64,000 nucleotides of DNA from Eledone cirrhosa (taxonomy: Eukaryota), in assembly GCA_964016885.1 (NCBI GenBank), contig OZ024741.1, forward strand, positions 96,658,001 to 96,722,000, given 5' to 3'. Position numbers and translations under genes: made by a program. This document shows positions 39,894 through 54,497 of this stretch, piece after piece. The stretch's first letter is position 1. The number at the start of each line of letters is the position of its first letter. A model generated the notes under the pieces. The model was not told where the DNA came from. It searched no databases and saw only the letters and a program-made list of their open reading frames with translations.

Positions 39894-40119
39894 AAAATGC
39901 AAATGGAGTATTTTAAGAATGTTTATTTATCTACTTTACCGGTTTTACATTTCTTATGCTTCTCAAAATTAAAATTGAGATAGAGGGTTGCTGTTTCTGT
40001 TGTGGTTTCACAACAGAATCATAAACCCTCCATCACAATTTTACTTTTGAGAAGCATAAGAAATGTGAAACCGGTAAAGTAGATAAATAAACATTCTTAA
40101 AATACTCCATTTGCATTTT
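39894..40119. mobile_element. Palindromic HHR mini-element
   Basis: ~95-bp inverted arms around a ctgttgtg-gttt-cacaacag hairpin; lies beside (TA)n. Confidence 0.9.
40042..40081 (+). ncRNA. Minimal hammerhead ribozyme, U3-A8 covariant core (mirror copy 39932-39971 on -, G12A)
   Basis: TACTT-TTGAGAA-GCAT aagaa ATGT-GAAA-CCGG-TA-AAGTA; palindromic ACCGGT stem III. Confidence 0.8.
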
Positions 40120-40210
40120 TTTTCTTATACTCTCACCCGTGTAGGGCATCTCATTCTTTTCTTTCGTTTTTTTTAAAAATAAAAACCGTTATTTTCTCAC
40201 ACACATACAA

Positions 40211-40263
<53 letters not shown>

Positions 40264-40331
40264 CATATATTCATACACACACACGCATATATATATATAC
40301 ATACATACATATATATGTGTATGTATATATA

Positions 40332-41160
40332 TTCTGGTATTTAGGGCTTGGTTATGTGTATATGGGAGTTTTGCGTCTGCGTGAGTATGCAGGTTCGTAC
40401 GTATGGTGGGTGTGTGTTTATGTGTACTTCTTGTTTTAGTTGACTTACGTCTCCGAACCTTCATGTATTTATTTGTAGGTATGTGTAGGCGCTTGTTATA
40501 TACGTATTTATTTACTTATATACGTTTATATAATTATTTATTTATTTGTACACAAGCATACACACATACACATATTTATATGTGCGTGGTTTTGTATACC
40601 TATGGTAAGGTTTTGCGTATGCTTGTGTATGTACGTATCTGTTTGCGTGTATGTATTTATTTGTTCCTATTACTTCTGTATTGTATTTATTTACTTTGTT
40701 CTTAACTCTGTAGCGGAGATTCATTCGGTCTCCTAGTTAGAATTTTAGTCTACGACTTCTGCTATACCATTTACGTGGTTTTGTCTTTGCACGCTATTGT
40801 TCTCCACGCTCCACATATGACTTATTATCTTCGTTTTTTAGTTCATTTCCAGAGAACGTCTCTATGCACCATTTAGAGAACATTAGTCTACGACCTCTTT
40901 TATACCATAAACGTGGTTCTGTCCTTGCACGTAATTGTCTTTCACCGCTCCTATTAATGACGTATTATTCGTTTTTCCCGTTCTTTGCCAGCGAACGTCA
41001 CCATGAACCAAAATATCGTCTTCCTGTCTTCCTCCGGTTGCAACGTTTTTTGATATATCCAGTTCTGCGTTTACAGATTGACTTTGTTAGTTTCAGAAGA
41101 TCCCGTTAAGGGGGAAAGCAGCGATTCTTTGCTTAAACTTTAATCCGTTATTTTAATAAA
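40332..41160 (+). mobile_element. Longer non-palindromic family C element ending in HHR (41089-41139)
   Basis: 41036-41160 matches 581-705; internal diverged ~140-bp duplication (40745-40870 / 40883-41010); TA flanks; 5' boundary approximate. Confidence 0.7.
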
Positions 41161-44125
41161 TATATATATATATATACATATATATATTTATATGTGTGTG
41201 TGTGTGTGTATGTGTATGTATATATGTATATATATGTGTGTGTCTGTGTGTAAGAAAATGAGGGTTTTTATTTAAAAAAAAACAAAAGTAAAAAAATATA
41301 TGTTTATATATAAATATATACTAATTTAAAGTATTATAACATGCATGATATGAGTGTTTGTGCTCGACGGCTGAGCTCTTGTCGTTTCGATTGCGAATCG
41401 ATAACTGAATAATATTTTCATTTTTAACTATTTCCAAACCTTGTTTTTTAATAAGCGGCATCCACATATATCAGATTAGGACCCTCTCTTTGATGTGAAT
41501 GGTGTTTTGAAATCGCTGAAAGTGAAACGTTATTCAGTTACTTACTTAGTAACTCACCATAGTTGGAGAAATGAATGTGTTTAGATCGAACGCTTTCTTC
41601 AGTAAAATCTCTCGATGTCTAGTTGGTGGCGTTAAACCAGGTGAGAAATATAATGAGAAATATAATGAGAAATATAATGTCCCACTATCATCTTAGCTTA
41701 ACATTTAACTAGAACAAAAGAAATAAAAATAAAAATATATTTTTTCTAGTAACGAGATTGATCTTCCACATTTTATTGTAATTCGAGTAATATCTTTACC
41801 CGGGGACATACGTAAACTCTTATTGATTATCAAATAACAAAATTGCGATGAAAAAATACGACAAAATTAGACATGTTAGAAAAGTTCACCGGTGAGAAAT
41901 CTAAACAAATTAAAGATAATTTAATTTCTAAAATTATATTTATAACTAGAAGCTGCTGCAATCATTGTTTCATTACTATGATTTTAGCAATTATGGTTAA
42001 CGAGATATTATTGAAAACTAATGTCAGTTTCTCTTTTCCTTTGTTTATTTTTACCGAATTGTGTTAAGTCAATATTTTAGACCAACATCTAATCATCGTT
42101 AGAGTTCTTTATTTTGCTGTTTCAAGAAGCTTTCCGGAAATTGATTTAAATTATTAGCTCTGCATCGGACAACAAAATGAGTTAGTTATTGCCTTTCAGT
42201 AAGATGAAAGTGTTCTATTTGAATGATTAAATCGATAAGAAAATTAGTAAGACAGTGTTTGGCATTATCTCAGAAATGAAAATCTAAATAGTGTTTGAAA
42301 AACCTTACCAAAAATGTGACCGGAAAGGTTATGCGGTGTTCATATATGACTCAGCTTTAATGCCATAACTGCTATTAAAGCGAACGAAAATCGGTTTGGC
42401 CACTGACACAATTTTTATTGCATGCTATGCGAAATGAATCAACAATGGAGATTCTTTGTCCATGCTTATTCGGCCTGAAAGCTATAGCCGTATGCAAGAG
42501 TCATATGTGCTCTTTTAAAAAGTAAATACAAGAATTTCCAAAATTATAGTCTGTAATTAAAGTACAGTGAGTGACTTTCTATAACTGCCATAACAACTCA
42601 ACCGAGAATTTTCTGTCCTATAATGAATAACACTAGAGATTTCTAATAAATGATATAAAACATTGAATGTCCCTTTTCCTACTTTACGAGATAGAATCTT
42701 TCCTTTCGCAATTTTATAGCCAATAAAATAAGTTGCTGCAATTGTATTGTGATATATTAAACAGGCTGTGATCCTCATTACAGACTATTGAACGGAAGCC
42801 AATATTTGCACTTCAATATTTACTTGCAATTTGGGAATCAGTACTAGGAAATATATCACGTACATCAAATTATTACATTTCAATCGTGATTCACAATTAG
42901 AAATTATAAAATAAATGAAATGTGTGAAAACAGATCGTAGTCGTTTGAACGTCATAATCTCCAATTTTGCTTTGTATAAAGGATTATTACTTCAATCGTA
43001 TTTTGCATTAGTGAATCTGAAGGACAAAATCAACTTTGGTGCGATTTGAAGTGAAACTGTAAAAGGATGTAACTAAATACAGCGCAATATTTTGTCTGCC
43101 ATTAAAGTGATCCTACCTGTTTGTCGACCTGGTGTATATTGAGTGATGCTAATGTAAAGTTAGAAAATTGTCCAGTAATGATGGAAGTGAGTCTCCTGTT
43201 GCACGCTAACAAGTTACTCGTAATTTACACATTCAATAAAATGTATTATGTATCACGACATGGTACCTACATGCAGTTAGGTGGACTGCGCCATTGACAA
43301 TTTTCCAAGAACAGATTTGAGCTTTGATTGAACATTTTAACAGCATCCGGAGCCCTTAATTATTGGCAAGTTATATTCTTGACACACATAATCAGTTGTA
43401 ACTAAAGAGAAAAGTAAAAGACGTCAACAAGCTTTCTGATCTGAAATATGCTTGCAATGTTTCTCATTAATGTTCAACTATTATAACATTAGATTTCATT
43501 AAAAACAATCCCTGGAAAATTGCTTGTTTCAAAACAAAATTAGAATTTGTGGTCGTCAAAAGACAAGGATTTATTTCCGCACGCATCCATTTTGTAATTT
43601 CCCGTTGTGAATCAAGATTTGCATTGATAGAATTCTGACTTTCACCTTAACATGACTAACCTTCGAAGCATAACATGTTTCTTTAATAATTACAAACCCA
43701 TTCTTCCCTCTTGAAACTATTCTTGTAAATATTCCAATGTTTGTTATGCCAATGAAACAACTATCCAGCTCTGAAAAATGGCCGTAGCTAAAATTTAGTA
43801 CAACGTTCTAACAGTGAATATCACAAGAATCGTTATAATGATCGTTTCATTTGAAATATATTACTGTATATTCAACACTATTCGATAAATCAGGGAGGAA
43901 TATTTGCAACCAGAAAAGGGTGTCGTACTTAATGTCTTCCGGTGTTTTGTTACTTCCCTTCATGCCCTTAATTCCATTCACGCGGGGTTTATGAGCCTGC
44001 GTTTGGTCCCTAGAAAGATACAAGTAATGAAATAAGTATATTCAAATAAAATGTATTTTTCTTTTTATAATTATTCATTCTTTATGTCTGCGGGGATATT
44101 TGTATACACATACTCGATTTCTTCC

Positions 44126-44153
<28 letters not shown>

Positions 44154-44158
<5 letters not shown>

Positions 44159-44378
44159 AAGGAATTGTGGTAAGGAACCAGATGGACCATAATGCACCAG
44201 AGTACTCAATATTTAGGGTAGTAGAGTGGAAAATAGGAAAGAGTTACACAGTTTGATACTGCCCAGTGGCGGCTAACCACTTTTTCATATGTATAGTAGT
44301 ATTTTACCTGATTTTTCTAAGCCATTATTTATAGTAATCGACTGTAATTACAGTTACTTTCTTCCTTTGAGATTTTTA

Positions 44379-44433
<55 letters not shown>

Positions 44434-44538
44434 AAAGGTATGACGCCGACGGCAGAGCTCAAGCCGTTTCGACGGCTATTTCTGGACCAAGAAATAGCCG
44501 TCGAAACGGCTTCAGCTCTGCCGTCGGGGGTCATACTT

Positions 44539-44608
<70 letters not shown>

Positions 44609-44748
44609 TAAAAATCCCAAAGGAAGAAAGTAACTGTAATTACAGTCGATTACTATAAATAATGGCTTAGAAAAATCAGGTAAAATACTACTATACATAT
44701 GAAAAAGTGGTTAGCCGCCACTGGGCAGTATCAAACTGTGTAACTCTT
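44154..44748. mobile_element. Family B composite insertion: tail 44154-44238, palindromic core 44431-44542, outer inverted repeat 44239-44430 / 44543-44748
   Basis: Arms read as near-perfect reverse complements, including the TA tracts. Confidence 0.9.
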
Positions 44749-46087
44749 AAATCCTGTCTGAGCGCTCATTGCAGTCAAACGACCCCCGGAAACAACTTTC
44801 GGTTAAATAGAAGACTTATTATTTATTTTCGAAACAACATTTGTAAAATAAACTATCGTGCGTTGGCTGAGACTCAGAAAATATAAAACTCTTAAACGCA
44901 GGAAATAGTTGTAACCACAAACTGAAAAATGTCTCCAGAAGCCGCTACAATGAATCGAACTCCGTTTATTGTCCAAATATCTATATCTAGCTATCAAGCT
45001 ACGTATATATCATATATATAGTTAGAGGAAGAGAAGAAAATGTATATAAATACATCTTCTCTATAAAATTATATTGAAGATTTATTGTGCTTGCTCCATT
45101 AAAGTGCTACGATTCAACAGATACCATCATCAAACTGTTCATATGTATTAGGTAATAATATGCCTCTACGTTTACATATCGAGCACTCATATATTTAAAT
45201 TCCCTTTTCCATGACCATTCATTCAAATGGTTGTTATTTGAGATATTTTTTCGCGAAAAGAATAATAAACTATGCTTTTCATATTAAAGTTTGTGAACAT
45301 TTCTGTTTGCTTCCGCTCATAAGGAAATATCAATGACGAACGGAGTAGATACCCACACCTCCCACATAGGCATATATATCAGCAGCAAAATATTAAGTTC
45401 GTATACGATTTCTCTTAATACCAGTAAGCCGATATTTGTTAATATCTTTGTATTTAATGAAGATTTCAAACTCTTATCTAAGCTGTCATTTAACATCTTC
45501 TCCATAATTAAAATTAATACAATCATAGGCGACAAATCTCAAAACCGTTTGTCAGTAATCGAAATATATGTGATCTTTTAATTTTCTTTCTTTCATATTT
45601 TTAAATGTATTTTGATTGTGACGATCCCATTTTCTTCGAATTAAAAAGATAAAGTGTAATTGTAATATCGGCTTTTGAAATTTACATCTCATAATGGTTT
45701 TTTCAGTGACGTCAGTCTGAGTACTATTGAGTTTACTCTAGCGGAACAGATTACCTTGCTATCGCTCTTCTGTTTCAGAGATTTGTTTTTATTATTTTTA
45801 CGTGAACATTATATTATCACTTATTATTTGTTTAGATAAGCTATTTGTAACACTGATTGTAAAATTATAGCTGTCCCCCTTCATTGTTCCTGCTACAGCT
45901 AGTATAATGGGAAATAGTTGTCAGGATGAAGTGCTAAAAACTGTTTTGCTAGATTGGTTTCTTTTTATTTAAAGGATAGGTTAAGCCATAAGCTGATTGG
46001 TACTTCTGAAAATATTGGATGTGAAGTTCACCTTATACACACACGTACACACACATATATATGTGTGTGTGTGTGTAAAAAGCGAGG

Positions 46088-46270
46088 GGCCCCGATGGCT
46101 GAGCATTTGTCGTTTCAACTGCCATTTTCGGTCTGGAATTAGCTGATGAAATGTCAAGATCTCAGTCGTCGGGGTGCCCACTCATTCATATCACCACACT
46201 CAACCACCCGAAGTATCGATTACTCTGGTTATTAACGATCTAACCAGTATTTTACTGTATCCATCTTGAT
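46088..46270. mobile_element. Old family B-related palindromic element (another remnant at ~41363-41400)
   Basis: gccccgatggctgagc..gtcgtttc / gaaatgtcaagatctcagtcgtcgggg. Confidence 0.6.
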
Positions 46271-46681
46271 TTACACACACATATATATATATATCAAGTA
46301 AAAATAACGGAGCAAAGGACTCGCTTATAATCCTGTAATTAAATGAGGTCAAAGGAAATAGTTTTCATGGGCACTTCAAAATACAATATATAGAGGGGAA
46401 AGACACAGAAGAGTGTGTTTATCATTACAGAAATTTCGAACCACCAGCGTGAGGAGAATATAAGCTACTAGAGGCATTGGTAAAACATTAAAATTAAAAG
46501 TATAAATTGAAATGAAAAACCATCCTCACCTAAATAACACACGTACACACTTACCAGGAGCATGTTTCGCCATTTTAGTGGGTCATCAGCATGTGGAAGG
46601 CCGATATTGTCCGCACTACTAGAGAGAACTAAAATAAACTACCCTTAGCACGTGTAGACATAAGAGAAATGCGTATATATA

Positions 46682-47022
46682 GAGAGAGAATGCTGAGGAT
46701 GGTCCTGAACATTAATCAGTATACACTGAGGATGAAATACTCAGAGCTGTATGGGAGCCTCCCAAAAGTCAGCTCAAAAGTAATACAGAGGAGACTGCGG
46801 TTAGCTAGACATGCTCACCGACATCCAGAGTTGATATTGCACTCAGTGATACTGTGGGAGCCCCTACATGGGTACACTGGAAGAGGAAGACCAAGGTTAA
46901 CGTATGTTGATGCGCTATGGACAGACAACTGCTCTGTTGGAGACGCAGGATATGCCAGCGATAATGAGGGACAGAGACCGCTGGAGAGAACTCGACCATG
47001 GATCTCGGGAATTTTACCCGCC

Positions 47023-47024
<2 letters not shown>
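46682..47024 (+). mobile_element. LINE 3' end (RTE/RTEX-like ORF2 C-terminus)
   Basis: RMLRMVLNI..ELYGSLPKVSSKVIQRRLRLARHAHRHPE..VILWEPLHG..GRGRPRLTYVD. Confidence 0.8.
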
Positions 47025-47064
<40 letters not shown>

Positions 47065-47129
47065 TTCTATTCTACACACCCATTACCGGTTCCATCACAT
47101 ATTCCCTCTTCCAGCTCACCCTTTCTAAC

Positions 47130-49700
47130 ATGTCCTTTTGAGGATTTCCTTGCCTCCAGCCCGGTTTCAGTTTCACTGATATTCCCCAGTGTGATATTTG
47201 GTTTCCCAACTCGTTGTATACATCTGGTTTTCAGAAAAGGACTCACCTAACTGATTCATTGTGCTGTTTCACATGCCTGGCTAATGCGAGCATCCGTCGC
47301 CTTATTATGTCATAAATGCGAAGGTGTTAACTGAAGAGCGATCTACTTGCTATGTGTGTTTTCCAGATGCTCTAGATATTTCTCGGCATTCTCGTGAATG
47401 TGCCTTTAATGCTCTTTGTTAGTGTTTTCGTTAATGTCCATGACTCACATCAGGTAGAGAAAAGAAGACTCACCCGCTGCTTTGAAAAGCCGGATTTTTG
47501 ATATTTTCTTGATCAGAGATATACAGACTTTCGATAGAAAGTTGAGAGTAAGCCATGCCTTGCGTATCCTGGTGTCCGCATCTTGCCCTGTCTTCATGGA
47601 ACTGCCAACGTATCAGATGTTATCTACATTTTCAATCTTCGAACTGTGTACCGCATGCATTTAATCGTTCAATGTTGCATTCAGATGAACGAATTGTGTT
47701 TTATCGGTATTCAAAAAAGGTCCAATGGATTGCCCTGCATCTCTATGTAACACCTTCTTAGGTACTTTGCTGGCTTTATCCAGAACTATGTCATTTGCAG
47801 AGGTGTCTCCGGATGTCGAGTACTTTGCTGATTTTCCAGCATAACCAAGGCATATCACAAAATTGGAAGGAGCCAGAGGATACCCCTGGAGGAAGCCAGT
47901 ATTAATTCCATACGCAACCAGAGCATCTTCTTTCGGTTGATCGGATCAATAGCCCTATTGAAATCTATGAATACAATTGTTGCCTTTTTGTTGTGTTTCC
48001 GAATCATCTCAACAATCATTCTGAGAGCCAACATGTTTGAGGTAGTAAAGTGAGATGGGCAACATCCATTTTGGCTGGAACGTAAAACGTTGTCGGCGCA
48101 TGGTCTGATTTTATCCAGGATCATCCTATTATAGGTCTTTACAGCAAATTTCGTAAGGCTGTATAGCTGCTACAGATGCTGATGTTATTTTCCTGGGTAT
48201 TTACACTCTTCCTGGCATTCCCCATTCACCAGGCATGTGACAATCAAAGGTTTCTTTAGGTTTCATTGTCTTAGAAAAGGGTGACCTTTGGGAGCATAGG
48301 TCTATAGTTAATTATCAATGCCTTTAGAGCATTGTTCACTTCTTTCATACAGAATTCGACGATGCTTATCTCTGGATGAACTTCAAAAACTGGGTCAATC
48401 GCTACGTCTGGTATACAATAATTTTCAGCTGATAGGATTTTATAAAATTGCTCCCACCAAGGCACAGGTGGTCTTCTCCTTGGATATATACCTTTCCTTG
48501 TTCCTTGTTCTCTTCTTACCAGAAGGTTTTGTATCTGTCTTCAATCGGTTTTGGGGGTGTTGTTAATATTTCGAAAATAAGCTAGCGTTTGGTTGATTCT
48601 TCAATAATCCAGATGGTCGACATTATAGTGCCGAATATTCTGATGATGCTCAATTTATGTACGTTTGGGCGTGTCGCCTCTCACTGTAACCATTGTTTTC
48701 CTTTCCACAATCGGTGTGGTATAACGTGGAAGTCTTGGTAGGATTTCCTCACTTTACTTCATTTGAGATGGATAAAAATCAAGTATAATTTTTATCTTCA
48801 GCTAGCAAGGATTCAAATTTATCAGCATTTGAGACGTCAATGTTTTTTGCAAGATTGACTTCGTCACTTACTGCTCTGTTTCCTACAGGATCTCCTGTTT
48901 GACTGAAGGCTAGGTTTCCCTTTGCCTGCCTTGATGATGTTGCGAACTCTTCCTATAACGCCAGAGGAATTTTGTGTGACAATCCTGAATATTTCTCCAA
49001 CGTTTCCTATAAATTAATAAGTGAATTTGAGGAAAGTACCCAGCTGGGTGTCTCCAAGTCCACAGGTTTCGTTTCGGTTTTGGGAAAATGGTATTCCCGG
49101 CTTGGAGATTATGTCGACGAAAAATCTCTTCTAGGAATAGGTCATTTCTGTTAGCACTTTGGTGCTATGAAAATTTGATTCTAATTGGTGCGTAGAAATG
49201 ACATATAGGGATACTTCAGAAACAGTTGAAGTCAGTTGATGTTAAAACTGTTCCACTTCATCTCCCGGCTGATGGAAATAGTTTTTGCATTTCCTTTGAA
49301 TACTGATGTGACAATCTGGTCATTGACCTTAGATACATTTGTCAGTAGAAGAAAGAGATGTGATTGTACTGTCCAACCTACTCGAACAATTGCATATTCT
49401 GGGTGATTATGTCGGGATCAATTTATTTGTGGATAAATCAGTGTTCTTGAACACATACAATGACAATGTTATATGTGATGATATGCTTGTTGAACTCCAC
49501 GCTGGAACAGTAGGATGTGAGTCAGCGGCAGTTCAAAAAGCCGAAGATAAAAGGTCTCTTTGGATCTGACATTGGACAAAGCTCGTCCAGTTAGATTTAA
49601 AATATCTTCATAGGAAGATGTTGAGCCTTCTTCAGGGCTATGGATGAACAGATAAATCACAAGCTCTAACCGTGGGGCTATTGTTTGCACCAGTCTTGTT
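47130..49700 (-). mobile_element. Highly degenerate LINE (RTE/RTEX-like RT; upstream part probably endonuclease)
   Basis: MILDKIRP..DNVLRSSQNG..LALRMIVE..ATIVFIDFNRAIDPINR (RT domains 2-3); many stops; boundaries approximate. Confidence 0.75.
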
Positions 49701-50779
49701 TTCTATTTGCAGAAATACTGCGATGATTTGCTACGAACCTCACAATATTCCAGGGTCAATAAATAACAGCTTAGTGTTTGAGAAAATATATTCGAATGCT
49801 CCCTTATCATAAAATATGTGGTCTTCTACTTAAATTACAAACCAATAGATCTGATCGACTATAACATCTATACTGCAAATGAATATTTTGTGTTTCTTAA
49901 AATCTGCCTTGATCGAGCATAACTTTCATGATACCAAGGCCACCCAATTTCAAAACATTCTATTGGCCTATATTGCCTACCATTTGTTTGAATATTAGTA
50001 TGCATATCTACTTCTTATTATGCTAGCAATTAGAAATTTCCACATTTTATCGCCTGTATTCCTCTTAGATTTTACCCTCAAGATCAGATCCAGTTCCATT
50101 GCTGTGATATAATAATTGTTAGCTATTGCGTCTGCTTTTTATGTAATGCCACGCACTACAAGGGAATCTTTTCTTTTTCTAATTGTTTGGATAATCTCAG
50201 GTAATGGATAATTTTGAACGCAATATATTACGTATATGAGTTTCTACCACGATTTATGCAGTATTCACGAAGCCGTCCATTTATATATACATATGATGGA
50301 GTATCTCTCTGTCTGTAGATCACGTTTAAAGAAAGAGTTTTGGTATCGTTAAAGTAGTGCTGGCTTCACAAGACTTGGTATGAATAAAGTTAAGGTAGTA
50401 GTAACGTTTATGAATGCACGCCTAACCTAACATTGTCCACTAAACGATATTCTCTTTTCCTATCCCTCCATATACGGCATTCAATGCTGTTAAGTGTCCA
50501 TTTATCTAAGGAATTTTATTCTTTATGAGATAGTTACAATTACGTGGTAATGAATCTGAGCATATGTCTATCTTTGAGTACTGCGGCATACCTCTTATAA
50601 GGTTATTGTTTGTAAATTTACATTCCATCGTGAGCGGTTGTATATTCATATATACACACATGCGTCTGCATAATGATTCACGCGATGAAGCATCTGGATG
50701 TTTTCCTTCGTGTGTATTTCAATGTCCTGTCAAAGTCTCTCACATTTATTCCCTCCTCTTTCTCTCTCTATATATACGT

Positions 50780-50918
<139 letters not shown>

Positions 50919-51029
50919 TTTGTGTGTAACAATATACGTATTTGAGTTTATTTGTTAATAAGCGTTTAAGTTAATGCGTACAATTATAAATATATGTCAG
51001 TGCATATATATGTATATAAATATATGTTC

Positions 51030-51070
<41 letters not shown>

Positions 51071-51932
51071 TCACAGACACACACACACACACACATACAT
51101 ATATATTTACATATATATATATCAACATATATATCAACATGGGGTGGTAGTGAATTGCGTGTGACTGTGATGAACAATTGCGCAATTGTACTATTAAGTA
51201 AAACGGCTGGTATAAGACCAGGAAAGGAAACAATAGGAAATTACATGAAAATTGCAAAAAATTAAAAAGACAAATTATTTTAATAAATAATTAGAAATCA
51301 CTGAGACAGATGAAAATGAAAAAAAAAAATCCAATAAAATATATGGTAATATAAAAAAATTGTGGCAGAAAAAGAAATAAATTAAAAACGATAGTTAAAG
51401 AAAAAACGATAGTTAAAAAAAAAAACGATAGTTAAAAAAAGGTGTAAAGAATCACACAAAAAAAAGAACAAAATGGGACCAGAAGAATAAAACAGAAGAA
51501 AGTGAAAAAAATGAATAAGATATAACATGGCTGTATAAAAAGTTGAGATGAAATTAACCAGAGAAAATTGTGTTTTGTTCAGAGAACCCCCATTGAATGT
51601 CCATCAATTAGATGATACTATGAAATGGAATGAGCTTATAATTTGTCTAGAGCTAAAGTGTCTTGGAGAAAATACAGAGCTTAGTGTTATGAAATTATTG
51701 CTTGAGTGCAAAACTCTTCTATAGATTTCGTTATTTTTATAATCTTTGACTTTCGTTCATACTGTTTTTATATTTAGTGTTTGAGACAGAAATTGTCAGT
51801 CGAAGATTTGGGGGTCTCTGTGTGTGGGTGGGGTGTCTCTACAACAATTAGATTAAAGATTGGATTCTATTGTTCCGATGAAGAGTAAGACATTTTACTT
51901 TTATATGTTTATAGTGTCGGGCAGAGAAAACT

Positions 51933-52012
51933 CCTTCTTCTTCTTCTTCTTCTTCTTCTTCTTCTTCTTCTTCTTCTTCTTCTTCTTCTTCTTCTTCTTC
52001 TTCTTCTTCTTC
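51933..52012. repeat. (CTT)n microsatellite
   Basis: Direct reading. Confidence 0.97.
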
Positions 52013-54385
52013 TAATAGTGTTATTATTAATAGTTGTAGTAAGATTTGTAGTATTTGTGGCGGTAGTCGTAGAAATGTGTGGCATCAGTAGATCAACGGC
52101 AGACGACGAAAATACTGGTGTAGCCAATAATTTTTTTCTTCGAGTTTAAACCACGACCATGTGTATGTTCATTTAATTCATCCTATGTTTATAGGAAACC
52201 ATATAAATATTAGGATCAATCGAATAAACTATCTTTTCCTCAACCTTCTTATGCCAAGTGTATAAATCCTTCTCCTCTTGCTCCCTTTTCTCTTCTACCC
52301 TAACTATAATTCTTTCAAATATTAGCATAAGACCAGCAACTTTGGGTAAGAGGAAAGTCGTTTATATCGACCGAAGTATTTAACTGGTTCTTTATCTTAT
52401 TGACCTGGAGGGTGAAAATCAAAGTTGATCTTATCTGGTTTTGAAACCAAAAACATTTCTGAGTGATGGAAGAAAACTTATACTAAAAGAAGTGGAATTT
52501 CTGGAGCTTTTAACAAGTAGGAATTTACCAACTGGGTTATATTGTAAAGTTTTATCTCGGTGGTAACATCTGTAGACTTGTATGCCAATGACATCCACGG
52601 AATTAAACTGAGCAAATTCGTCAATCAAGTTCTTGAAGTCTCAATTTAGAACTATGAGTCCCTTTATTTACAAATACTAAAAATTATGTTTTAGTTGCAT
52701 TTTAATACTTTCTGTTGATGGATGATTCATGGGCGTTTATAGTCCTCTTTAATTAGAATATCCCGTCCAGAAGGAGTTAGAGACACCTCACCATACCCTA
52801 CATTTAAGAAGCAAGATTAGACACTAGATCTGAAGTAGCAGAGCCGGGTTAAACGGATTTCCAGCGGCATGTCATCAAATGGGGTTCCATGGGGAATGGG
52901 AATCCCGGTACAGTTTATTGCGATGTCCATTTTCTTAAAAATAAGTTCGTACTTTACACAAAATTTACCAGCGAGAGAATGGTTGTATGAGGGGTATGTG
53001 ATTTTTTAATACATGCTTTAGGTATGACTAAAACGTTGAGAAATGAAATATAACGTAATAAAAATAAATACTGAATAAATTTATTTTAATATTAGACCTT
53101 AGTTAACTAGACGATGTATGTAGCGTAGACATATTTACGTGGAATGTGAAATGAAGAAGAGATATTAGGATTTGGGTGAAGCTCTTTATCAAAGTACACT
53201 AAGAAGATATGACGAGATGAGAAAAAGTGTAGGAACAAAAGATATTTGGAATGTGCTTTCTAAAATATATTTATATATATATATACACATACATACACAC
53301 ACAATGGAGCCTAAAATCAGAGATATGTTCTGAAATAAATACATATTGTACCAGCATTTATCAATTGGAAGTAAAACAACATTTACAAAATAAGTTTCAT
53401 TTATACACGCTACGTCTCTTTCAATTCAAATTTAAGTATTTTATAAAATAGCGATATATATAAGCCTTTATCCGATCATGAAGTGATTTTAAACCTTAAG
53501 TTCAATTATATTTGAGAACATTCTATAAGTCTTATAGGCAAACGATTGTATTTCTCATCTGAAAATGCATGTTATTTCGCACTCTCTCCATATTGCGACA
53601 ATTTCAGCGAATATAAAAGAAAGGTATTCTCTTGATATAGATTATGTTTCACATTGATGAATAATGTGTAACCTTCAAACTTATGCTTAGGTCAGGGTAT
53701 ATAATACGAATTTATTTTATTATGTATGTCTGGATTTTCTTCTTCGAGTTCCATTATTTAGACTTCAACTTCTATATTCCTAAAGAATTAACTATGTATA
53801 CATGTAATCAAGGAAATAAAGCTATTTAAATAAATGCTACTACAAATTGCAAACACAATTTCTAAACATTTTAAATCTGAATCACTTGAGCAATTTAGAC
53901 TAAAGGATTTTCGGGAGATATGATTTATTTGATTTACATTTATAACCACAATATCTCTAAATGGAAAGAAAGTTCGAAATAAAAGCTTTCACCCGCAGAG
54001 GAATATCTTTTAAAATATGTATATATATATGCCGTACATTGATATATAATCACGTCCTCAATGGCAGGTATATCAAAAGTAAAAAGAACCATTGTTTTTA
54101 TTTATATTATGTGTTCCAAAAGATAACGCATTGAGTAATCGATGAATTAAGATCTTTTGGTGTCTTTGAAATGTGCATAACAGGATGATATAATTGAATA
54201 AAATGATATTGAATATGAGACTAAGTATTTGCGGAAAGTAAGGACGATATATGTAGCTTAGAAATATTTACACCTATGTGAAATGAAGAAGAAAGCTAGT
54301 GATTTGGGTGGAGCTCTCGAGATGAGTGTAGGAACGAAACAAATTTGGAAAATCCAATGCGCATTGTACATATACATTCTCTCTC

Positions 54386-54497
<112 letters not shown>

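Noticed and set aside
41642-41678. Short tandem repeats (gagaaatataat)x3 and (aaaacgatagttaaa)x3 at ~51384-51440 as CRISPR-like arrays
   Set aside because: No unique spacers, no cas genes, eukaryotic context; simple slippage repeats
53130-54355. Diverged local duplication (53130-53250 vs 54264-54355)
   Set aside because: Short, old and without structural or coding signal
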